From an uncultured Burkholderiaceae bacterium (GTDB lineage Bacteria > Pseudomonadota > Gammaproteobacteria > Burkholderiales > Burkholderiaceae_C), in contig CAZJBX010000009.1 of the NCBI GenBank assembly GCA_964544605.1, positions 3 to 64,002 on the forward strand: a DNA stretch of 64,000 nt, read 5' to 3'. Position numbers and translations under genes: made by a program. This document shows, one piece after another, positions 12,030 to 21,240 of the stretch; within the stretch, counting starts at the first letter, position 1; each line of letters opens with the position of its first letter. The notes under the pieces are model-generated. The model was given only the letters and a program-made list of their open reading frames with translations, had not been told where the DNA came from and ran no database searches.

Positions 12030-13307
12030 TTGCGCTTTAAGATGGCGGCCATGAAAAAGTTACTGCAGCAGTTTGAATGGATGATCGGCTGGCGCTATGC
12101 GCGGGTGGCCAAACGCGGGCGCGGCAAGGGGTTTATCTCCTTTATATCTGGCGTGTCGATGTTGGGCATTGCGCTGGGCGTGGCAGCGCTGATTGTTGTG
12201 CTGTCGGTGATGAATGGCTTTCAAAGCGAGGTGCGTGACCGCATGTTGTCGGTGGTCTCGCATATTGAGCTTTATGCCCTTGATGAGGGCGCTCTGGACA
12301 CGCCAGCCAGCCAGCAAATTTTGGCGCAAAACACAGCCCTGCAAGGCAGTGCGCCCTTCTCGGCATCACAGGCTTTGGTGGCACGGGGCGAGACCATGCG
12401 CGGCCTGATGCTGCGCGGCATAGATCCCAATCGTGAGGCGCAGGTGTCTGATGTGGTGGCGGATAACCCTGACTTGGCCGAGGTGTTGCAGGAGTTGAGT
12501 TCGGGCAGCTTCCGTGTCGTTTTGGGCCAAGATTTGGCCTATACCTTGGGCGTGGGGGTGGGGGATGCCGTGACTTTGATTGTGCCCAGCGGCCAAGTCA
12601 CGCCCGCTGGCATCAGCCCGCGTTTGCGGCAGTTCACGGTGGTGGGTTTGCTCAATTCGGGCCACCATGAATACGATTCGGCCTTGGCGCTGACGCATTT
12701 GGATGATGCGGTTCGCCTGAGCCGCGCGGCGGTGGGTCTGCGCCTGAAGTTGAAGGACTTGCACGAGGCGCCCAAGGTGGCGGCGCAGTTGCAAGCGGCT
12801 TTGGGTGAGGGTGTGTTGGTGCGCGACTGGACGCAGCAAAACCGCGCTTGGTTTGCCGCCGTGCAACTGGAAAAGCGCATGATGTTCATCATCTTGACCT
12901 TGATTGTGGCGGTGGCGGCTTTCAATTTGGTCAGCACTTTGGTGATGACGGTGACAGATAAGGCCCCTGATATTGCCATCTTGCGCACCTTGGGGGCCAG
13001 CCCTCGCAGCATCATGGGTATTTTCATGGTGCAAGGCGCTTGGGTGGGGCTTATCGGCACGGGGGCGGGTTTGTTGCTGGGCCTCGGCATTGCGACGCAG
13101 ATTGATGTCATCGTGCCTGCCATTGAGCGCCTGCTGCAAACCAGCTTTTTACCCAAAGATGTTTACCTGATTGACCGCCTGCCCAGCGAGCCACGGGCGG
13201 AGGACATTGTGCCGATTGCCTTGATTTCACTGGCGCTGGCTTTTGTGGCCACGCTCTACCCCAGTTGGCGTGCCAGCCGCGTACAACCAGCGCAAGCTTT
13301 GCGTTAA
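12030..13307 (+). CDS. Lipoprotein-releasing ABC transporter permease, LolC/LolE family
   Basis: MacB/FtsX-type architecture: N-terminal TM, large periplasmic domain, three C-terminal TMs. Motif FEWMIGWRYAR. Start could be 12042-12051. Confidence 0.85.
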   Translation: MRFKMAAMKKLLQQFEWMIGWRYARVAKRGRGKGFISFISGVSMLGIALGVAALIVVLSVMNGFQSEVRDRMLSVVSHIELYALDEGALDTPASQQILAQNTALQGSAPFSASQALVARGETMRGLMLRGIDPNREAQVSDVVADNPDLAEVLQELSSGSFRVVLGQDLAYTLGVGVGDAVTLIVPSGQVTPAGISPRLRQFTVVGLLNSGHHEYDSALALTHLDDAVRLSRAAVGLRLKLKDLHEAPKVAAQLQAALGEGVLVRDWTQQNRAWFAAVQLEKRMMFIILTLIVAVAAFNLVSTLVMTVTDKAPDIAILRTLGASPRSIMGIFMVQGAWVGLIGTGAGLLLGLGIATQIDVIVPAIERLLQTSFLPKDVYLIDRLPSEPRAEDIVPIALISLALAFVATLYPSWRASRVQPAQALR

Positions 13308-13324
13308 GAAAAAAAGGGGGAGAA

Positions 13325-14314
13325 ATGGCAGGCTTGTACGCTTTTGATGGCCAAGGCTTGCGCCTGCAAGCGGGCCAGCGCTTGGCCCACCCAGTGGTGC
13401 AGCTCGATATGCTGCTGCGCGGCGTGGGGCAGGTGGTGTTTCAAAACAATGCCTATAGCGGCGCATTGCTTTTGCTGGGCCTGGCCTTGCACGATGTGCG
13501 CTTTGCTGCTGTGGCGGCGCTGGGGGCGTTTTTAAGCAATGTTTTGGCCGCCCTGTGGGGGGTGGCTGCTGGGCCGCTGCGCCAAGGGGTGTATGGCTTC
13601 AATGGCGTGTTGGTGGGCATTGCCCTGCTCTATTTCTTGCAAGCCAGTGTCTTGAGTGCAGCGGTGTTGCTGCTGGCTTTGGCTGTGGCCTTGCTTTTGC
13701 AGCAGGCGCTTGAGCGCGCTTTTGCAGGCCGATGCCCCACTTTGACCGCGCCTTTTGTGTTGGCGAGTTTGCTGGTGTTTTTGGCCGCACCTTTGTTTGC
13801 CCGTATGCAGGTGGGGGCCGAGTTGCCGCGTGCTGGCCTGCCACAAGTGGGGCAGGCGGTGGAGGGCGTGGTCACTTGGGCCAGCTTGGGCTTGGGCACG
13901 GTGCAGGGTTTGGGGCAAATCTTTTTTCAAGGCAGTGTGCTCAGTGGTGCGGTGTTCTTTTTGGCCTTGTTCATCAGCAGCCGCCATGCGGCTCTTGCGG
14001 CTTTGTGTGGCTCTTTTGTGGGCGCTGTGGTGGCTTGGTTGATGGGGGTGGATGAGCCCAGCATTCGCGCGGGCGGTTTTGGTTTTAACAGTGCTTTGGT
14101 GGCGCTGGCTTTGTGGGCGGTGTTTTTGCCGCGCACGGCGGGCCATGCGCTGTATGCGGCCTTTGGTGCGGTGTTGGCGGCTTTTGCCCATGCTGCTTTG
14201 AGCTCGGCGCTGGCACCACTGGGCGCGCCTGCGATGACGGCGGCTTTTGTGCTGTGCACTTGGCTGCTGCTGTGGGCTGCGCCCAAGCGGGCCGCTGGGC
14301 TTACTGCGGTTTGA
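13325..14314 (+). CDS. Urea-transporter (UT) family membrane protein
   Basis: N-terminal LRGVGQVVFQNN..SGALLLLGL, as I recall for the UT family. About 10 hydrophobic helices. SD GGGGGAG upstream of ATG 13325. Confidence 0.55.
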   Translation: MAGLYAFDGQGLRLQAGQRLAHPVVQLDMLLRGVGQVVFQNNAYSGALLLLGLALHDVRFAAVAALGAFLSNVLAALWGVAAGPLRQGVYGFNGVLVGIALLYFLQASVLSAAVLLLALAVALLLQQALERAFAGRCPTLTAPFVLASLLVFLAAPLFARMQVGAELPRAGLPQVGQAVEGVVTWASLGLGTVQGLGQIFFQGSVLSGAVFFLALFISSRHAALAALCGSFVGAVVAWLMGVDEPSIRAGGFGFNSALVALALWAVFLPRTAGHALYAAFGAVLAAFAHAALSSALAPLGAPAMTAAFVLCTWLLLWAAPKRAAGLTAV

Positions 14315-16349
14315 GCTTGGGCAGGCGCTTGAGGCGCTGGCGCAGGGCTTGCAGTTGCGCCTTGTGCCCGCCGGTGGCGGCGTAGCGCTGGGCCTCTAAA
14401 TCAAGCAGCCAAGTCTGCCATTGGCCCTGCCCCACGGCGGCGGCCAGTTGGCGCGGGCTGCTGCTGGGTGTGCTGGCCATGCCCGCTTTTTGCAGCCGTG
14501 CCTTGGCTTGCGCCAGCAAAGCCAGCCAAGGGTCTTGCTGGCGTTTGTGCCAGTAGTTGTAAGCCGTGCCCGCCAGCGCAATGAGCAGCAGCAGGCCACC
14601 CAAAAGCTGTATCAAGCTGTGCCAATTGGGTTGCTCAAAGCCCAGTTTCTTCAGCACATCCATCTGCCGTGTTTGGTTGTAATTGAGCACCCATTGGTTC
14701 CAGGCATTGTTGCTGGCATCCCACACTTGGCGCATCCGTGCCAGCAGCGTGGGGCTGACGGCGGCCTCAAACACGCCGCCTATGGCGCTGGGCCGTGGCC
14801 GCAGGCGGGTTTGCTCCAGATCGATGCGCCAAGGCGCAATCGCACCTGTGGGATCGACGCGCTGCCAACCCTGATCGGGCAGCCAGATTTCAGCCCAAGC
14901 ATGGGCGTCAGAGTTGCGCACCACCCAAAAACCATCGAGGCTGTTGAACTCAGCACCCTGAAAGCCCGTGACCACCCGCGCCGGCACGCCCAAAGCACGC
15001 ATGGCCACCACATAGCTGCTGGCAATGTGTTCACAAAAGCCGGCTTGGGTGTCGAACCAAAACTCATCGGCGCTGTGCCGACCGTAAGGGCCGGGCTCTA
15101 GGGTGTAGCGGTAGTCTTCGTTATGCAGTTTTTGCTGCAAAAAATCTGAAAAGCGCCGCGCCAGTGCCGCCGCATCCAGCTCTGGCTGGGTGGCCAAGGT
15201 TTGTGCCTTCCAGCCCTGCACCCAGGCCACGGTGCGGGGGTTGCTCTGCGGCGGCAAATGGGCCAGTTGGCGCTGCTGCCAAGCGGGCAAATCAAGGCCG
15301 TAGTGGTAGCGCGTGTGGCTTTGCACTTCATAGCGCAGCAAATCGCTGGCGGGGCGGCGCATCAGCAGTTGCATATCGGCGCTTTGCCACACTGGGCGCT
15401 CGGCCAGTGTGGGCAGGCTGGCGGGCAGCTCCAGCGCCATCAGCCAAGGGCGGTAAGAGGGCTCTTGCGTCACGCTATAGCGGTAGCTCGGCCCCAGGGC
15501 TTGCACGCCGGCTTGCAAGGGCGTATCGGGGCCGCTAAAGCGCCCAATGGGGCTCATGCGCCAGCTTTGGCCGTCAAACTCACCGAGCACAGGGCCACGG
15601 AAATACATCTCGCTTTTCGGCGGTGCATCGCCCACAAACTTCAGCCGCAGCGCGACGCTATCGTCCAGCGCCAAGGCTGTGACTTGGCCGATTTCCATCT
15701 GCTCGCTCAAGCCCGTTTTGCCCAAAGACTGGTCTTGCGGCAAACCCCATAGCGGCGCAAAGCGCGGAAACAGCACAAACAAAGCCAGCATGATGGGTGC
15801 GCCCAGCAGCATCAGCCAGCCCGCCGTTTTAAAACTGTGGCGCAAAGGCGGCCGCCCTGCGGGCATGTGCGCATTCACCACCGCCGTCAGCAAGCCCCAC
15901 AAACCCAGCAGCATGGCCACCGCCAAGCCCAAGGTTTGGGCGAATAAAAAATGCGTGATGATGATGAAAAAGCCGAAGAAAAACACCACAAAAGCATCGC
16001 GTCGTGCGCGCAGCTCCAGCGTCTTCATACTCAGCAGCACCACCGCCAAGGTCACGCCGCCATCGCGCCCCGCAATGGTGCTGTGGCTCCACCAAGTGCC
16101 CGCCAAAGCCAGTGCCAACAACAGCACCCGCCAAGCCGCATTGGGCAGCGGGCGGCTGTTTAAAGCCAGCCAGCCGCGCCAAAGCAAAACCCCTGCGGCC
16201 ATGCTGCTGCACCACAGGGGCAAATGGCTGGCGTGCGGGGCAATCACCCACGCAATCACCGCCAGCAAAAACAAAGTATCGCGGGTTTCTCGCGGCCACT
16301 GCCGCCAAGCCAAAAGCTGGCGTTGGGGTTTGGTTGCCGTTATTGCCAC
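14301..16349 (-). CDS. Transglutaminase-domain membrane protein (TgpA-like, DUF3488 N-terminus)
   Basis: Multi-TM N-terminus. Transglutaminase core GFCEHIASSYVVAMRALGVPARVVTGF with downstream DAHAWAEIW and D residues. C-terminal TM. Confidence 0.85.
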   Translation of the reverse strand: MAITATKPQRQLLAWRQWPRETRDTLFLLAVIAWVIAPHASHLPLWCSSMAAGVLLWRGWLALNSRPLPNAAWRVLLLALALAGTWWSHSTIAGRDGGVTLAVVLLSMKTLELRARRDAFVVFFFGFFIIITHFLFAQTLGLAVAMLLGLWGLLTAVVNAHMPAGRPPLRHSFKTAGWLMLLGAPIMLALFVLFPRFAPLWGLPQDQSLGKTGLSEQMEIGQVTALALDDSVALRLKFVGDAPPKSEMYFRGPVLGEFDGQSWRMSPIGRFSGPDTPLQAGVQALGPSYRYSVTQEPSYRPWLMALELPASLPTLAERPVWQSADMQLLMRRPASDLLRYEVQSHTRYHYGLDLPAWQQRQLAHLPPQSNPRTVAWVQGWKAQTLATQPELDAAALARRFSDFLQQKLHNEDYRYTLEPGPYGRHSADEFWFDTQAGFCEHIASSYVVAMRALGVPARVVTGFQGAEFNSLDGFWVVRNSDAHAWAEIWLPDQGWQRVDPTGAIAPWRIDLEQTRLRPRPSAIGGVFEAAVSPTLLARMRQVWDASNNAWNQWVLNYNQTRQMDVLKKLGFEQPNWHSLIQLLGGLLLLIALAGTAYNYWHKRQQDPWLALLAQAKARLQKAGMASTPSSSPRQLAAAVGQGQWQTWLLDLEAQRYAATGGHKAQLQALRQRLKRLPKLKPQ

Positions 16350-16392
16350 GCTTATATCAAAAGTAAGTATTTACTTTATGGCATCCGAAGAC

Positions 16393-16839
16393 TTACTGCC
16401 AGCCCATCACAGACAGGCCACGCTCAGACAGGCAAGTCTCCACATAGCGGCGGTACATGGGGTTGCCTTGGTTCTCATAAGCGCCGCTGACCGCGCCGCC
16501 TGCGGCGCCCACAACGGCGGCTTTGCTGCCGTGGCGCACGGCAGTTTCACCGCTGCGGCCTGTGACCAAAGCGCCCACGGCGGCCATCACGCCTGTGGTG
16601 GCTGCACCTTTGCCTACTTTTTCAGATAGGGCGTTGTTGCTGGCGCTGAGCCCCTGCCTTTGCGCGGCGGCAATGCAGGTGTTGATGGCGTTTTGAGCAG
16701 CAGCATCGCCCATGCTTTGGAATTTGGCATTTGGGTAGAGCACGGGGCGGGCGTTGGCGCTTTTATCGGCGCTGGCACAAGCGCCCAGCAGCAGAGCCAA
16801 GGCCAGAGCGGGATACACTAAAAGGCGTTGCGTGTTCAT
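16393..16839 (-). CDS. Glycine-zipper lipoprotein
   Basis: Lipobox LLLGAC after MNTQRLLVYPALALA. Gly/Ala-rich zipper GAATTGVMAAVGALVTG..VVGAAGGAVSGA. SD GGAGAA upstream. Confidence 0.7.
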   Translation of the reverse strand: MNTQRLLVYPALALALLLGACASADKSANARPVLYPNAKFQSMGDAAAQNAINTCIAAAQRQGLSASNNALSEKVGKGAATTGVMAAVGALVTGRSGETAVRHGSKAAVVGAAGGAVSGAYENQGNPMYRRYVETCLSERGLSVMGWQ

Positions 16840-16994
16840 TGGGGTTCTCCGAGAGCAAATGAGGTGGCAGTGGGGCGGCATTTGCGCCCCGCACCTTGTT
16901 CAGAAACGCTGGCGGCAGACCGCACGATGACGCAGCATCAGCGCCGCTTTGCGCCAAAAGGCCAAGACTAGCAGTTTTTCCCCATCCTCGCCGT

Positions 16995-17894
16995 ATGAAC
17001 AGCCCAAGCCCCACCCCTGACATCGCCGCCATACTTGAGCGCATCGCGCAAGAGTTGGCCCAAACCAATGCCCTGTTGGCGCAAAGCCTGCCTCGGCCCG
17101 CCGTTGCGCCCGATTGGCGCGCTGCCATAGCTTGGCGTTGGCAGCAGCGCCAAGGGCAAAAGCTGTTGCAACCTGTGCAGCACCTCAGCCGCATCCGCCT
17201 CGATGCCCTGCAAGCGATTGAAGAGCAAAAACAGCGCCTGCTGCAAAACACGCAATACTTTGTGGCCGGCAAGCCCGCCAACCATGTGCTGCTCTCGGGC
17301 GCGCGCGGCACGGGGAAATCATCCTTGATCAAGGCCGTGTTGCAAGAGTTGGCGGGCCAAGGCTTGCGCCTCATTGAAGTGGACAAAGACGATTTGATTG
17401 ACCTGCCCGAAATTGTGGAATTGGTGGCTGATCGCCCTGAAAAATTCATCATCTACTGCGATGACATGAGCTTTGAGGCGGGTGAAACCCAATACAAACC
17501 CTTGAAGTCGGTGCTCGACGGTTCAATTGCCGCCACCAGCAGCAATGTGCTGGTTTACGCCACCAGCAACCGCCGCCACCTATTGCCCGAGACCATGAAG
17601 GACAACCAAAGCTACCAGCACAGTGACGACGGCGAACTGCACCCCGGCGAAGCGGTGGAAGAAAAAATCTCGCTCTCTGAGCGCTTTGGCCTGTGGCTGA
17701 GCTTCTACACCTTCAGCCAAGAGGAATACCTGGCCGTGGCCAAGCATTGGCTGGGCGAATTTGGCGCAGATGCGGCGCAAATTGAGGCGGCGCGGGCCGA
17801 TGCTCTACTCTGGGCGCTCACGCGCGGCTCGCGCTCAGGCCGTGTGGCGCGGCAATTTGCTTTGGACTGGGCCGCCCAACACGGCACAAACTAG
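16995..17894 (+). CDS. DUF815-family AAA-type ATP-binding protein
   Basis: Walker A LLSGARGTGKSSL, Walker B-like FIIYCDDMSF. Length and motif order are typical of the conserved DUF815 family. Confidence 0.75.
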   Translation: MNSPSPTPDIAAILERIAQELAQTNALLAQSLPRPAVAPDWRAAIAWRWQQRQGQKLLQPVQHLSRIRLDALQAIEEQKQRLLQNTQYFVAGKPANHVLLSGARGTGKSSLIKAVLQELAGQGLRLIEVDKDDLIDLPEIVELVADRPEKFIIYCDDMSFEAGETQYKPLKSVLDGSIAATSSNVLVYATSNRRHLLPETMKDNQSYQHSDDGELHPGEAVEEKISLSERFGLWLSFYTFSQEEYLAVAKHWLGEFGADAAQIEAARADALLWALTRGSRSGRVARQFALDWAAQHGTN

Positions 17895-17991
17895 GGTTTT
17901 TACTAGGTGCGGCTTGCCCACTATGCACGCGGCAAAGGCCGCCGCACCGCCATAATGGAAACTTTTAAAACGATTGGATTGGACGAAAGCC

Positions 17992-18588
17992 ATGAAACGA
18001 CTCCTTACCACTGCTGTACTGGCTGGCCTTGTGGCCACCCCCGTCTTGGCGCAAGATGCGCAAGAAGCCCAAGTGGATGACATTTACGGCGAGCTGGCCT
18101 ACACGCGCCTGAAAGTTGACAGCGATTTGCTCAGCAAAAAAGCCGAACCTACGATGCTGCGCGGCGTATTGGGTAAAGGCTTCACGCCTTGGCTCAATGG
18201 TGAGCTGATGCTGGGCATCGGCCTCAATGATGCCAGCGCCACCTTGGCTCCTGGCCTTGCCGCTGGTTCGCAAACCGAGGCCAAATCACAAGAGCTGAAA
18301 ACCTTGCTGGGCCTGTATGCCACCCCCACTGTGAAGTTGGGTGAAAAGGGCAAAGTTTTTGCCCGTGTGGGTTGGGCCAATACCACCACCAGTGATGTCA
18401 AAATTCCTGGGGCTGGCACGATTCGCACAGAGCGCCTGCTGAAAAAACACGACAGCCTGTCTTACGGCGCAGGTGCTGCTTTCAATCTGAACGAGAGCTT
18501 TAGCCTGGGCATGGACTATATGGTCTATTACAAACGCAAAGACGAAAAAGTCGATGGCGTGAGCTTCAGCTTGGGCTACCGCTTCTAA
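17992..18588 (+). CDS. Small outer-membrane beta-barrel protein (OmpW/OmpA-like porin family)
   Basis: Signal peptide MKRLLTTAVLAGLVATPVLAQ. Alternating beta-strand pattern. C-terminal ..FSLGYRF ends with an aromatic residue. Confidence 0.75.
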   Translation: MKRLLTTAVLAGLVATPVLAQDAQEAQVDDIYGELAYTRLKVDSDLLSKKAEPTMLRGVLGKGFTPWLNGELMLGIGLNDASATLAPGLAAGSQTEAKSQELKTLLGLYATPTVKLGEKGKVFARVGWANTTTSDVKIPGAGTIRTERLLKKHDSLSYGAGAAFNLNESFSLGMDYMVYYKRKDEKVDGVSFSLGYRF

Positions 18589-18613
18589 GCACAGCCTGCT
18601 GCCCAGCCAGCCG

Positions 18614-18643
18614 AAAACGCGAGGCCATGCTTCGCGTTTTTTT
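18614..18643 (+). terminator. Rho-independent terminator after the OMP gene
   Basis: Stem AACGCGA/TCGCGTT followed by a run of T (..CTTCGCGTTTTTTT). Confidence 0.7.
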
Positions 18644-18700
18644 ATGCCCGCTTTTTGCGCTTGGCAGGCGGGCTGCGCGAGTGCGAGACAATAGCGGCTT

Positions 18701-19147
18701 ATGCATACGAAAAAAATCACCGAGGTCGCTGTAGGTATTTTGCTGCGGCCAGATGGCCCTGTTTTATTCACCAGCCGCCCTGAGGGCAAGCCCTATGCGG
18801 GCTATTGGGAATTCCCCGGCGGCAAGCTGGAGGCGGGCGAAAGCCTAGCGCAAGCGCTGGCGCGTGAGCTGCATGAGGAGCTGGGCATCCGCATTGAAAC
18901 GGCCCCGCCTTGGCGCGTGACCGAGCACGCTTACGAACATGCCCATGTGCGCCTGCATTGGTTCAAGGTGCTGGCTTGGCAGGGCGAGCTGCAAATGCGC
19001 GAGGGCCAAGCGGCGCAGTGGCAAAGTCTGCCGCCGCAAATTGAACCGATATTGCCCGGTGCTTGGCCGGTGCTCGATTGGCTGCAAGCCGAAGCCGATG
19101 CGGGCCAACTGTGGCCGCAAGATGAGGAGGGCCAGCGCCATGCCTGA
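18701..19147 (+). CDS. mutT: 8-oxo-dGTP diphosphatase MutT (Nudix)
   Basis: Nudix box GGKLEAGESLAQALARELHEELGI. WEFPGGK motif. 148 aa. Confidence 0.85.
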   Translation: MHTKKITEVAVGILLRPDGPVLFTSRPEGKPYAGYWEFPGGKLEAGESLAQALARELHEELGIRIETAPPWRVTEHAYEHAHVRLHWFKVLAWQGELQMREGQAAQWQSLPPQIEPILPGAWPVLDWLQAEADAGQLWPQDEEGQRHA

Positions 19148-19913
19148 GCTGGAAGATTGGGACGAGAGCCTGCCGGGGGTCAGTATTTCAGAGGGCGACG
19201 GCCTGCGCTATTTGCACCTGGGCGACACGCCGTGGATACAAGGGGCCATGCGCCTGCGAAAACCCCAGCATGTGGAGCTGCAATATGTGCAGCGCATGTT
19301 GGCTTGGCTGCTGTGGCATGAGGCCGTGGATGCCCCCACTGTGGCGGCCCTGCGCACGGTGCAACTGGGCTTGGGCGCGGCCAGCCTCACCAAGTTCTGC
19401 GGCAAAACCTTGGGCAGCAACAATTTGGCCATTGAAATCAACGCCCAAGTGGTGGCCGCCTGCCGCACTTGGTTTGCCTTGGGGCCAGACGAGCCGCGCA
19501 ACCAAGTTTGGCTTTGCGATGCGCAAGACTGGCTGCAAGCGCCGCAGGGCAAAAACCAAGCCGATGCCCTGATGGTGGACTTGTACGACCACGAAGCCGC
19601 CGCGCCCGTGCTGGATGGCCCCAGCTTTTACCGCCTCTGCCACGAGGCCCTGACCGAGCACGGCATCCTCAGCGTCAATCTTTTTGGCCGCGACCACAGC
19701 TTTGATGCCAGCCTCAAGCGCATCGCCGCCGTCTTTGGGCCCAATCGGGTCTGGCACTTCAAACCCACGGTGGAAGGCAATGCCATTGTGCTGGCCAGCA
19801 AAAGCCTGCCGCTGCCGCCGCAAGAGCTGCTGGAGCGCCGCTGCGTCGATTTGCAAAACCTGTTTGGCTTCAACACCAAATCGTGGTTGAAGGCGATCAA
19901 GCCCGCGCTTTAA
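19140..19913 (+). CDS. Spermidine-synthase-like class I methyltransferase-fold protein
   Basis: ATG overlaps the mutT stop (ATGCCTGA). Motifs VQLGLGAASLTKF and ADALMVDLYD..P resemble the polyamine aminopropyltransferase fold. Confidence 0.6.
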   Translation: MPELEDWDESLPGVSISEGDGLRYLHLGDTPWIQGAMRLRKPQHVELQYVQRMLAWLLWHEAVDAPTVAALRTVQLGLGAASLTKFCGKTLGSNNLAIEINAQVVAACRTWFALGPDEPRNQVWLCDAQDWLQAPQGKNQADALMVDLYDHEAAAPVLDGPSFYRLCHEALTEHGILSVNLFGRDHSFDASLKRIAAVFGPNRVWHFKPTVEGNAIVLASKSLPLPPQELLERRCVDLQNLFGFNTKSWLKAIKPAL

Positions 19914-19922
19914 ACGGCCTTG

Positions 19923-21209
19923 TCATACAGCGCCGTCATACAGCGCCTTCACGCAGCGGGCTATGCTGGCCACGCCCTTGGCCAGCACCTCAGGGCTTTG
20001 CGCGTAGCTCATGCGAATGCACTCATGCGCGTGCGGGTAGTTGGCCACATCCATGCCAGGGAAGTAAAACTCACCGGGCACCACCAAAGTGCCCTCGGCC
20101 TTGAGCTGGGCATATAGCTGGCTGCTGGGCACGGGCAGACCCACAAAGCGCAGCCACAAAAAGAAGGCCCCTTCTGGCTGGTGAATTTGTAGCGGGTAGC
20201 CCGCCAGCGCCTTTTGCAGCAAGCCCACGGCCAGCGCCGCGCGCTCTTGGTAATAGGGCCGAATCACATCTTGCGAAAGCTGCCACAAACTGCCCGCCCC
20301 ATCGTGCGCCAACATGGGCCGCACCAAGCTGGCGGCCATGCGGCTGGGGGCCAAACTCAGCACCGCATTCAAGGCGCTGATGCGGGCAATCACCTCAGGC
20401 GCAGCCACCACAATGCCTGTGCGTAAACTGGGCAAACCCGTTTTAGACAGGCTAAAGCAATAAATATGGTGGGGCTGCCAGCGCAGCGCCACGGGCTTGA
20501 ACAAAATATTCGGAAAGGGCGCGCCATAGGCGTAATCCACAATCAGCGGGATGCCCTGCGCGGCGGCCAGTGCGCTCAGGCGCTCTATCTCCTCATCCTC
20601 CAGCACATTGCCGCTGGGGTTGGTCGGGCGTGAGCAGCATATCGCGCCCACATCCCCGCGCGCCAGCAGGCGCTTCACCTCAGCAAAATCAATGCGGTAT
20701 TTGAAAAACCCCGCCCTGCCCTGCCAAGTGCTGGGCTCAATGCGCGGCTGCGCCGCCACAAAATGCGGCGCATCCACATGCACATCGGCATAGCCCAAAT
20801 ACTCTGGCACCAAAGGCAGCAAAATCTGCCGCTGCCCGCCTTGGCCGTCATCGCCTGAAAACAAATTGAACAAATAGAAAAACGCATTCTGCGAACCATT
20901 GCTCAGGGCCACATGCTCTGGCCCAATGCCCCAACCGTATTGGCGGTTGAAGAAATCGGCCAAAGTCTGCAAAAACGCCGCATCGCCCTGTGAGCCCGAA
21001 TAGGCCGAGGCCGCATCCATAAAACCCTTGGCCCCCAGCGCCTCATAGGCCGCGCCATAAGCGGCCTCCACCGCCGCAATGCGGGCGGGGTTGCCGCCGC
21101 CCAGCATGGCCTCAATCTGCCCGCCAGACTGCGCCAAAGCCAAATCATCCATCAGCAGCAAAGCCCCTGTTTTCTGGCTGAACTTTTGCCCAAACTTCGA
21201 CAACTGCAT
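19923..21209 (-). CDS. avtA: Valine--pyruvate aminotransferase
   Basis: N-terminus MQLSKFGQKFSQKTGALLLMDDL..MLGGGNP matches my recollection of AvtA. PLP lysine context FSLSKTGLP. Confidence 0.8.
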   Translation of the reverse strand: MQLSKFGQKFSQKTGALLLMDDLALAQSGGQIEAMLGGGNPARIAAVEAAYGAAYEALGAKGFMDAASAYSGSQGDAAFLQTLADFFNRQYGWGIGPEHVALSNGSQNAFFYLFNLFSGDDGQGGQRQILLPLVPEYLGYADVHVDAPHFVAAQPRIEPSTWQGRAGFFKYRIDFAEVKRLLARGDVGAICCSRPTNPSGNVLEDEEIERLSALAAAQGIPLIVDYAYGAPFPNILFKPVALRWQPHHIYCFSLSKTGLPSLRTGIVVAAPEVIARISALNAVLSLAPSRMAASLVRPMLAHDGAGSLWQLSQDVIRPYYQERAALAVGLLQKALAGYPLQIHQPEGAFFLWLRFVGLPVPSSQLYAQLKAEGTLVVPGEFYFPGMDVANYPHAHECIRMSYAQSPEVLAKGVASIARCVKALYDGAV

Positions 21210-21240
21210 CTCTACTTCCTTTAAAACCCCGCAACGCGGC

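Noticed and set aside
14301-16881. TgpA-like transglutaminase plus upstream glycine-zipper lipoprotein as a novel two-gene system, since the usual MoxR/DUF58 partners are absent.
   Set aside because: Both genes have native composition and common family signatures. Absence of the partners within 64 kb does not show they are missing from the genome, and nothing in the sequence links the two genes beyond adjacency.
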